This document shows, in pieces, positions 10,901-18,048 of a stretch of DNA of 32,000 nucleotides. The position numbers were made by a program, and so were the translations under genes. The stretch's first letter is position 1, and each line of letters begins with the position of its first letter. Source of the DNA: an uncultured Planctomycetia bacterium (lineage in GTDB: Bacteria; Planctomycetota; Planctomycetia; Isosphaerales; Isosphaeraceae); contig CAZSSM010000005.1 of NCBI GenBank assembly GCA_964609385.1, forward strand, positions 32,871 through 64,870, read 5' to 3'. The notes beneath the pieces are model-generated. The model saw only the letters and a program-made list of their open reading frames with translations, was not told where the DNA came from and ran no database searches.

Positions 10901-11493
10901 CGCGCTACGCGCTGAACCTCGAGCTGGGCCAGGCCGACCTAGAGGAGTTCACACGGACCATCCCTGGTCGCCAGGCGTTGAATGGGACCTTGTCAGCGCA
11001 ATTGGAACTGCAAGGGATCGGCGAGAATATCCGCGATCTCCAAGGCGGTGGTTGGGCGACGATCGTCGATGGCGAGCTAGGCGAACTGCCACCGCTGGCC
11101 AACATCTTTCGGTTGCCGAACTTCAACCCGATCGAGTTCCGCGAGCCCGACGACGCGGCCTTCGACTCGGCCCAGATGCGGTTCCACGTCCAGGATGGTC
11201 GGACTGAGGTCGAACAGGTCCAACTCAGCGGACGCGCCCTCAGCCTAGAAGGGGCCGGCACCTACGACGTCCTGGGGAACCTCGACCTGCTCCTGACGAT
11301 CCTGCCAGGTCGACGCCCCTGGTCGTCGATCACCCCCATCGGTCCCCTCTTCAAGGGGGCAAGCCGTGAACTAATCCAGTTCCGGATCCACGGACCCTTC
11401 GCCGGACTTACCTATGACCCGATCTTCCTGCCACGCTCCCGCGCCCTCTTCAACCTCGGCGCTCGGTCTAACGAATCCGAAGTGCTCCGCTAA
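7999..11493 (+). CDS. Large AsmA-family / TamB-like envelope protein (1164 aa) with N-terminal membrane anchor
   Basis: ATG 7999 is preceded by GGAGGG (7981-7986). N-terminal anchor is RRLLRWAITLLILGLVGGGVWAY. The body is long and predicted beta-rich. The C-terminal block LNLELGQADLEEF...LNGTLSAQLELQGIGENIRDLQGGGWATIVDGELGELP...QVQLSGRALSLEGAGTYDVLGNLDL resembles the AsmA C-terminal domain pattern. Confidence 0.6.
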   Translation: MTEMNRVGSERPDRSVERRRRRRRLLRWAITLLILGLVGGGVWAYRLLTDSDRLIALIQKGTPRYFPSAQLLLDRVKLSPFGGAVEIERARIRQPEQRHDRTMPSWESTLEVAWLKIKQQRKALLHGRFQPVEVFIGQPRLVLRRRADATWNWQSLLAQPWPDPPPQSLPRVVLHDGTVRWSDLATSIGGVLLRDVELGLEPENLPDGRRRFRIVKAEARGDLFERLDLHGWFDPESKAFRIQGKVIGFQISDTLADRLPPELAHWIETTGLSSGQLDITLDHITNIDPTSNPASPALEPADWDYLVRVRVRKGRLETSNGRLPFPIDDITATLVIQPGLVEVLAMEGTHGRTRIRNLTGVFDPQTMDQGACHLDVEVQDLQIDEALIAWAPDDLTQLAVSNGLGGRLDLHARIEHQPGQPPKIDLEADCRDIHLAPVSLHPYRFDQVNGHVHWDGKTLRFHDLRFLIGRSNPGVSDTSVDLQWNGIEGTTLSNDPAPRAIQGDIALINGRPARLNGRIEDPGLDARAQLELQIESLPIDQTFRQALPPQVRKVVERFDPSGQVWVFSTITREPPTPIEPEGRWRIYAVAQFREDGDCRIVYDGFPYPLINLTGSLLIEPGRWEFHDMNARNGQAEISGHGQVWVAPPPGPREPVQFPADASRTRIEMKDAMVQDDSELAVHLNVSAQDLPFNRTLYQAMDPTWQATWDTINPEGGASVDVTIDAGRVPVARTAITIRPVENTRMRLKLPPLPGAESNRTREPVVLPPMNEVKGTFTFINGIVEVIDADFRFWDAPVRIPRGWMQIEDGGRFNLVVDDLSLKDLRVDGELLHRLPASVANFARRIAGQKIPRIWTDLKIAWDGRSGVPATCQWAEGKIVLADNTVDLGLELDQIQGAISDLQGVFDGESIAMSGAVELDFLQVLGQPVLHFSTPLVIRDGRAELNDIRATLLGGTLRGGASTSLESPPRYALNLELGQADLEEFTRTIPGRQALNGTLSAQLELQGIGENIRDLQGGGWATIVDGELGELPPLANIFRLPNFNPIEFREPDDAAFDSAQMRFHVQDGRTEVEQVQLSGRALSLEGAGTYDVLGNLDLLLTILPGRRPWSSITPIGPLFKGASRELIQFRIHGPFAGLTYDPIFLPRSRALFNLGARSNESEVLR

Positions 11494-12358
11494 CCTCGAA
11501 GCAGGGACTCGGGAGACTTGAACCACTAACGCAACAATTATTGAAATTGCATGCCCAAGTCCCTGAAGTAAATTCTCGCACTCTTGAATTGCAATGATGT
11601 TTTGGTTGCCTTTTCACTCGGATCAACCCCAGGTCGCAGGTGAACGGACCTAGCCGGCTGGTCCCCTGCGATCGGGATCATCAAGTTCTGGCGAGTGAAG
11701 CCAATGCGGTGGCGATCTCGAACATGCTCGCCCCAGGCATTTTCTTGCACCTCGGCGAACCGCGCTCGTCAAATCTGTTTGACAAACTCACCTTCGAATC
11801 ATGATTCAATCAACATTTAGAACATAAGCTTTCGTAATTAGACCGAGATAATCGTGATGATGAAGCCATAACCAAGCGCCCGTCATTACTGAAGCGAAAG
11901 AGGGGTCCTGGGTCGGACGACAGCTCGAAGCTTGGACAAGAAGAATGAGGGTAAGACGTGGTCGCCCCGCGATCCCACCTCGAACAGGCATCCGCTCGAC
12001 TTTCCGTCCCCGACTTTCCGGCCGTTTTTACTCGTCGATGACGGGTCGCAGCCGTTACAACCCGAACCCGTTTTCCGCCTCGGCGCATGCGAGATCCCCA
12101 CGGCTGATCGTATCAGAATCGGCCGATATCTCAATCCGTGTGATCCCGAATTGCCAAAGAGTTTCCGCTCCTCGCGAGCGTAGACCCGATCTCGGGTCCG
12201 CTCCAACGCCCCCTTCCAGCCGATCTCCACGCGCGACGCGGGCATCGTGTCGACATCTCGACGCGTTTGCTCGACCCCAAACGGATGGCGGGTCGGCCAC
12301 GTCGAGCGGTTCCGATGCGCGGTCGCTGGCCCGGCGGTACTCCGGGGCGTCGAGCCGA

Positions 12359-13306
12359 TTATTCGCGCTGAGGCAGCGAGCGTCCTGTCCACGCCAACGC
12401 GCCGAGACTCCGATCAGGTCGGACGATGAAGATCGATCGATACGCGGTCCCTCGCGATGCCCATGCGACGGGGCACGGGCACCACTCGGCTCCTTCCCCC
12501 CAAAGCGCCTGGAGGCCGGCCCGCCAACGGGAGGCCAACGCCAGGGCGAGCCGGATCGGGCCGACCACGATGAAAACGGTCGTCGCGATCAGGATCGTCG
12601 CGGCGATCATCGCGAAGGTGGCGATCAGCAACACCAGCTTGATGATCAAGGCCACGAGGATCGCCCAGGTCGGCACATCGGGACTCGAGCGTGTTGGCTC
12701 GGCCCCATCGAGCCCTGAGGTCGCAGCCTCCGCCGGATCCGAAGACTCGACCTCGGTCACGACCGATCCGGTCGCCTCGACCGCGACGGGTTGCTCAATC
12801 TCGGGTCGATGTGCCGTGGCGACCCGTTGCGGCTCGGCATCGGGTCCGTAGACCCATACCGGTCGCGTACGGAGGACGATCTCGATGGGCGCTTCGGCGA
12901 CGACCAACCGGGTCAGCGGAACAGGCTCGCTCGAGGGACGGGTCGCGGGATTACCGGAAGACCGCGATTCGGAAACATCCGAAGCCCTCGAGGCCGGCCC
13001 GTTGGATCTCCCAAGGTGCCCCGACGATCCGGTTGGCCTCGACGTGTTCGTCCCCTGCTCGCGGAGCCCGAGGCGGTACCCCGAGGCCCGGGCCGCGTTG
13101 CAAGCCCGTCGAAAGGCGACATAGAGGATCGCGTGAGGGTCCTCGGCCCGACCCGCCTGGTGGGCCACCTCGCCGCGCGCCATCCATCGTTTGATGGTCG
13201 GCTCATCGACACCGACGGCCATACAGGCTCGGGGGACGCCCCAGCCTTCACGGATGCCTTGGCAGATCGCCGCGATGACCTCGCGACTCGGAACCGCACC
13301 ATCCAT
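12359..13306 (-). CDS. Orphan protein with N-terminal helix-turn-helix, long low-complexity linker and two C-terminal TM helices
   Basis: Preferred start is ATG 13306, with a GGGGGA-containing purine run upstream. The N-terminus SREVIAAICQGIREGWGVPRACMAVGVDEPTIKRWMARGE looks like a transposase/terminase-type HTH. It is followed by a P/S/E/A-rich linker. A strongly hydrophobic stretch follows: WAILVALIIKLVLLIATFAMIAATILIATTVFIVVGPIRLALALA. The tail after the TM segment looks poor, so the 3' end is uncertain. Confidence 0.5.
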   Translation of the reverse strand: MDGAVPSREVIAAICQGIREGWGVPRACMAVGVDEPTIKRWMARGEVAHQAGRAEDPHAILYVAFRRACNAARASGYRLGLREQGTNTSRPTGSSGHLGRSNGPASRASDVSESRSSGNPATRPSSEPVPLTRLVVAEAPIEIVLRTRPVWVYGPDAEPQRVATAHRPEIEQPVAVEATGSVVTEVESSDPAEAATSGLDGAEPTRSSPDVPTWAILVALIIKLVLLIATFAMIAATILIATTVFIVVGPIRLALALASRWRAGLQALWGEGAEWCPCPVAWASRGTAYRSIFIVRPDRSLGALAWTGRSLPQRE

Positions 13307-13846
13307 CCCGAACCATCCCCCCGATGCGCCCAATCCCAACGACGAGCCGCCCGCGCATCGGCGCGAAAAGCGGTGCTCCCCAAGTAGGATCAGGTGATCG
13401 GGTCGAGGCGTTCACGGGAATTTCTCCGGAACCTCGACGACCTGGTGAGTTCAGTCGTTTCATCGGAACGATCGGGACAATCGGATCTTGCTACCCGGCA
13501 GTTCGTGCACGATAATCGTCGTGATCTCATCGAAGCGAAGAGCGAGAGAACCTGGATATCATCCTCGGTGATTTATTGTAATTAGATTAGTGCAATTTAT
13601 TTGTAGAAAATTCAAGTAAACATCTGCGCTGAAACAAACTCACGGGAGGAAATGCTAGGCTTCCGGATCGGTTCGAGGATAGCCCTAACGGATTTATGAT
13701 ATCAGGATTATTAAGGGGATCCTGGTTCCAGGAATCTATTTGAATCGGCTTCGGGATCTTGAACAAACGTTTCAATCGGCGATCCAATCTTGGTGATTGA
13801 GGCACGTCGGGTTTTCGACATCAACCAGATCTCGGGAGAGAGCATT

Positions 13847-14779
13847 GTGAATCAGTCAGCAGACAGGCAAGTCCTCCTGATCGGAGCCACCGGGATGCTC
13901 GGAGGCGCGATTCTCGAAGCACTCCTGAATCGTGAAACGCTTCATGTGCGGGCGTTGCTTCGACCGGGGAAGCCGGGGGTCGCTGAATCGCTCAAGGCCC
14001 GAGGAGTGGAGGTTGCTGAGGGTGACGTGATGGACCCGAAGTCGTTGCCGTCCGCGATGGAGGGCATCGATGTGGCTGTCGTTGCCCTCCACAACGACCC
14101 GAACCTCTTCGTACCAGGGCACAAGAACCTCATCGATGCTGCGGAAGCAGCCGGCGTGGAACGCTTGATACCATCGGACTTCTCTGTAGACCTCTTCAAG
14201 ATAGACGAGGAGGAGAACTTCAATCTGGCGATGCGCAAGCAGGTGGTCCCCTGCTTCGAGGGCAGACGAGTCCGGCCCATTCACGTCCTCATCGGTGCGT
14301 TTATGGACACGATGCTCGACAAGCGGTTCCCGCTCGTGGACTGGGAGAGGAGGACGTTGCCGTTCTTCGGGGACGGGAAGCAACCGTGCGATTTCACAAG
14401 TGTGGAGTATGCGGGACGCTATGTCGCAGCGGTCTGTGCCGATCGGCAAGCTCCCGAGGTCGTCCGATTCGCCGGGGATATGCTGACCATGCCGGAGCTG
14501 GCAGGCGCGATGACCCGAGCTTTCGATCAGGCCATTACCCCCGAGCCCCAGGGCACTGTGGATCAACTGGCTGCACTTATCGAGACCAAGAAGGAGACAG
14601 CAGAGAATCCGCTGGAGTGGATCGCGCTTCAATATCATCACAACATGGTGAGCGGCCGGGCGAAGCTCGACCCACTCGATAATCAGCGATATCCCGAGGT
14701 GAGCCCCCTCCCGTTCGAAGCGTTCGCGAGGAAGACCGGAGAGGGGAACGCTCACGGCATCGGCAATACATCGATGTAA
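13847..14779 (+). CDS. NmrA-like / atypical SDR NAD(P)-binding protein (isoflavone-reductase-like)
   Basis: Rossmann motif VLLIGATGMLGGAILEAL is followed by a short-chain reductase-like body (ERLIPSDF...). I prefer GTG 13847, which is preceded by GGGAGAG (13834-13840). The longest ORF begins at TTG 13790. Codon usage is visibly less GC3-biased than in neighbours (ATA, GTA, GAA, AAA codons). Confidence 0.8.
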   Translation: MNQSADRQVLLIGATGMLGGAILEALLNRETLHVRALLRPGKPGVAESLKARGVEVAEGDVMDPKSLPSAMEGIDVAVVALHNDPNLFVPGHKNLIDAAEAAGVERLIPSDFSVDLFKIDEEENFNLAMRKQVVPCFEGRRVRPIHVLIGAFMDTMLDKRFPLVDWERRTLPFFGDGKQPCDFTSVEYAGRYVAAVCADRQAPEVVRFAGDMLTMPELAGAMTRAFDQAITPEPQGTVDQLAALIETKKETAENPLEWIALQYHHNMVSGRAKLDPLDNQRYPEVSPLPFEAFARKTGEGNAHGIGNTSM

Positions 14780-14866
14780 GTCTAATGGTTGCCAACAGGG
14801 TCATCGGATCTCAGCGCTCGGGAGTCCGTGCGGGACAATCCCCTCGACTCGGGAGGTGACCGCGAT

Positions 14867-15718
14867 TCAGGGTCGGAGGTGACGGTCGAGGAACTCAAGG
14901 CTCATGCGGATGGTCCGATCCAGTTCCGGGTCGGGCCAGCCATGGCCGGCGCCGATGAGCAATTCGACACGCCCATCGACCTCCAATTCGGTCATCGCAT
15001 TGGCCAGGAGCGTCGCCTGGGTCGGCGGGACCAGCGGGTCCTTGGTCCCCTGGAAGGTCAGGATCGGCGGGTCGTCAGGGCTCAGCATCGTGATCGGTGA
15101 GGCCTGCCGGACCAATTCTGCCTTCTCATCCAACGGACCGCCGACGAGGGCGTCGCGGAGCGGGATCGAGACCAACGGAATGTCCGCTGCGGCCAAGTCG
15201 GTGGGACCGAAGTAGTTGATCACCGCTTGAACGCGAGAACTGGGCACTTCGGTCGGATCGCCATCACCGTCGAGACCTTCCAGACCGTCGTCGGGATCGC
15301 TCACGCCCAGCATCAAGGCCAAGTGACCGCCTGCGGAGAACCCGAGGGCAGCGATCCGATCGGGGTCGATCCAGTACGTTTCGGCATGGGTCCTCAGCCA
15401 ACGGACCGCCGCCTTCACATCGTGGATCTGGCTGGGGTAGAGATGATCGGGCACCAGCCGGTATTGCGGTGAGACGGCCACATAGCCCTCCCCGGCGAAC
15501 CGCTCGATTGCCGATCGCATGTTGCCCTTGTTACCCGCACGCCAGGCGCCGCCATGGATCGCCAAGACGACCGGGAACGGCCCTTCTCCTTGATTCGGCA
15601 CGGCGATATCGAGCCGCAACGCCACACCTTCCACCTCGCGGTAAACCACATCCTCGTGGATCATCACCGGATCCTGGAAGAAATAGGCGAGGCTTGCGCT
15701 GATCAATAGCACGACCAT
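14867..15718 (-). CDS. Alpha/beta hydrolase (esterase/lipase, BD-FAE-like) with N-terminal signal/anchor
   Basis: Oxyanion-hole region is VVLAIHGGAWRAGNK, the nucleophile elbow is GFSAGGHLA, and the C-terminal part carries GAGHGW. I prefer ATG 15718, preceded by GAGGAG with an 8-nt spacer. The ORF-track start at 15727 is a GTG. Confidence 0.8.
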   Translation of the reverse strand: MVVLLISASLAYFFQDPVMIHEDVVYREVEGVALRLDIAVPNQGEGPFPVVLAIHGGAWRAGNKGNMRSAIERFAGEGYVAVSPQYRLVPDHLYPSQIHDVKAAVRWLRTHAETYWIDPDRIAALGFSAGGHLALMLGVSDPDDGLEGLDGDGDPTEVPSSRVQAVINYFGPTDLAAADIPLVSIPLRDALVGGPLDEKAELVRQASPITMLSPDDPPILTFQGTKDPLVPPTQATLLANAMTELEVDGRVELLIGAGHGWPDPELDRTIRMSLEFLDRHLRP

Positions 15719-15976
15719 GGAAGACACTCCTCACAATGCTCTCGATGAAGGTCACGACCGAGCGTCCGACAACCGTTTCGGCCGATTCTGCGCGGACCAT
15801 CAGCTTAGCCGGTTCCCCTGACGAGCGAACCCCAACGGCGGCTATGCTTGTCATTTGGAACAAATCGAGTTGTCGAGGCCGTCCAGGAGGATCCGGGACG
15901 TCTCGGGAGCGTTGTGGTCGAGGACAGATCACACATGTCCGCTGGGTCGTCGAGTGAAAAGGTCGGGCCGTTTCGA

Positions 15977-16861
15977 ATGAAGAAGATCGCGGGCCTGCTC
16001 AATCTAGAGAAACCGACGGGGATCACCTCGAGGGACGTCGTCAATCAGGTCAACCGAGTCGTCGGTCGCCATCTGAAGGTCGGCCACGCCGGCACGCTCG
16101 ACCCGCTCGCCTCGGGCGTCCTGGTGGTCTGCCTGGGCTCGTGCACGCGCCTGATCGAGTATGTCCAGCGCATGGCCAAAACATACCGGACGGTCATCCG
16201 GCTCGACGCGACCAGCGACACGCTTGATGCGGACGGGACGGTGACCCCCCTGCCCCAAGCCGAGCCGTCGTCTCTTGATGCGGTTGAGGCCGCCGTCGCA
16301 TCACAGGTCGGTCTGATCGAGCAGGTTCCGCCGGCCTTCTCCGCGTTGAAGGTCGAGGGCCGACGCGCCTACGACCTGGCCCGCGCTGGTCAGACGGTCG
16401 AGCTGAAGCCGAGGACGGTCCGCGTCGACGCGATCCGAATGATCCGCTACGCCTGGCCCCACCTGGAGTTGGAGATCGACTGCGGCGCGGGGACCTATAT
16501 CCGCTCGATCGCGCGCGACGTCGGCGACGCCTTGGGGCTGGGCGGGGTCGTCGAGGTCCTGGTCCGGACCCGGATCGGACGGTTCACCTTGGATCAAGCG
16601 ATCACTCCCGAGACCTTGAACTCGGAGAACCTCGAAGGCCACCTCCGACCCAGCCTCGATGCGGTCGCCGACCTGCCGCGTTGCTCGCTCGACGCCGACG
16701 AGGTCCAGGCCATCGGCCAGGGCAAACCGGTCCACCGACCGCCGATCGTCGACGCGACCAGTGAGGTCGCCCTGATCGATCCCGACGGTCAGTTGGTCGC
16801 CCTGGCCCACGCCTCGCCGAGGACCCGACGGATCCAACCCAAGCGGGTCCTGCTCACCTGA
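15977..16861 (+). CDS. truB: tRNA pseudouridine(55) synthase
   Basis: The sequence GLLNLEKPTGITSRDVVNQV...KVGHAGTLDPLASGVLVVCLG contains the catalytic-Asp motif HAGTLDP, and YIRSIARDVG is also present. I prefer ATG 15977 (MKKIAGLLNLEKP). The longest ORF begins at 15848. Confidence 0.93.
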   Translation: MKKIAGLLNLEKPTGITSRDVVNQVNRVVGRHLKVGHAGTLDPLASGVLVVCLGSCTRLIEYVQRMAKTYRTVIRLDATSDTLDADGTVTPLPQAEPSSLDAVEAAVASQVGLIEQVPPAFSALKVEGRRAYDLARAGQTVELKPRTVRVDAIRMIRYAWPHLELEIDCGAGTYIRSIARDVGDALGLGGVVEVLVRTRIGRFTLDQAITPETLNSENLEGHLRPSLDAVADLPRCSLDADEVQAIGQGKPVHRPPIVDATSEVALIDPDGQLVALAHASPRTRRIQPKRVLLT

Positions 16862-17863
16862 TCGAGGCCGTATCCAATTCGAACCATGGGTCGAGACGTA
16901 TCGGTTCGGCTCGGCGATTCGTGCTCTCGAATGACTGAACGGATCTCCCGAGGACGCCTGAAGCGGGGCGACGGGGGTCTCGATCGTTGTGTCGCCCAGA
17001 ATCCGATCGTCGGTCGACGCCGTGAAAATTCATCGGTCGCTCGGTTCCGTCGAGCGACAGACTCTCCCCACAGGACCGTCCGACTCAGAATCTTGCGTCC
17101 GAAAGACTTCGACATCGTTCACTTGGCGCCGTGATTGTCCCGCATAGGTTTACTTCGCAGCCGCTCGTGTCATCGGCTCCGACCGCGACCCGAATTGTGA
17201 GACACGGATCACAACACGACAGCGCCCGTTTCGTAGGGTTCTTACAGAGGTCCGCGTCCCTCGGTTTTCCCAAAAGGGAGATTTGTAGGGCGCTTGTCCC
17301 CAAGAAAAAGACCGCAGGGACGCGGCACCCACCTTCGTCCACGCCGCAGCAGGGACGCGAACACTTTTCGTGCTCGTCGGGGCGAGGTGGGTTACTTTTC
17401 TCAATTTGGCGCGATGTCCCATCACTTCTCGATCCTCGGTCGATGATAGTGAGCAAAAGGGTCGTCAGCCGATCTGTGGACTTCGCCGTCATCCTGGGCG
17501 AATGGGATCCTTCCGAGGGAGACGTGAGCTGAGTCCGCGTCCGCTTGGGATCAAACGACCCTCATCCCGGATGAATGGTGACGGGCGCGGATCGGGACAC
17601 CCGATCGAAAGAGGATGCCGACAACTCTAACTTTCGCCCGCAAACCCCGGATTGGAGCAACCGCTCTTGAGAGCCGCCTGGCACTCAATCGATGCCGTGT
17701 CCATTTCTGAGAGGCGGGTGCAAGGTCGGACCACACTCAAAAACGTGAAAATATTTATTATTCAAACTATAATGAACAAAACCACCTTTCTCAGTCCGTG
17801 GGAACCTCAAAAGCGCAGAGACGCTCAGGATTTCTATTTTATCCAGATAGACCAGCACCTTTC

Positions 17864-17892
17864 TTGATTGCCCGATACGAACGCTATATGAT
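17864..17892 (+). promoter_or_regulatory. Sigma70-like promoter candidate upstream of the 18049 gene (TTGATT-17 nt-TATGAT)
   Basis: TTGATT at 17864-17869, an exact 17-nt spacer, then TATGAT at 17887-17892. It lies in the most AT-rich part of the spacer. A second, weaker candidate is GTGAAA (17745-17750)-17 nt-TATAAT (17768-17773). Confidence 0.35.
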
Positions 17893-18048
17893 GGACAAAA
17901 CGATCCAGGTTTTCGAAGCGGTCGGGTCTTGGCCTCGTTGTGGTCGGAAGTCCTTGATTCCTATCGCTGGTTCCGATCGCAAGAGAACGGGTCCAATCGC
18001 AGATCCTTCATCTAAAGACCTATCATCACGCCAATTCCCTGACACGGC

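Noticed and set aside
11538-11750. 70-aa minus-strand ORF (GTG start) in the AT-richer spacer, considered as a toxin/antitoxin or gene remnant
   Set aside because: It has no recognisable motif and weak codon bias. The reading frame is closed by a stop just upstream, and there is no partner ORF or SD. It cannot be supported without a homology search.
11945-12718. 257-aa plus-strand ORF across the spacer and the 3' half of the HTH-TM gene
   Set aside because: It is extremely Arg/Ser/Pro/Asp-rich. The part overlapping 12359-12718 is the antisense of the TM-helix codons (DHDENGRRDQDRRGDHREGGDQQHQLDDQGHEDR). It is not a plausible protein.
13856-14755. 299-aa minus-strand ORF opposite the NmrA-like gene
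   Set aside because: The plus frame carries the GATGMLGG Rossmann motif and a coherent SDR-like sequence. The minus frame has none and is Arg/Leu/His-rich.
16874-16889. T-loop-like string (minus-strand GGTTCGAAT) just after truB, checked as a possible tRNA; also GGTTCGAGG at about 13668-13680
   Set aside because: The flanking bases do not form a 5-bp T-stem, and no acceptor or anticodon arms can be drawn. I found no tRNA, tmRNA 3' end, RNase P CR-I (GGAAAGTCC) or SRP motif in a non-coding context anywhere in the window.
17677-17693. TGGCAC...GATGC resembling a sigma54 -24/-12 promoter
   Set aside because: The GG-to-GC spacing is two nucleotides too long relative to the TGGCAC-N5-TTGC consensus, and the -12 element is not TTGC.
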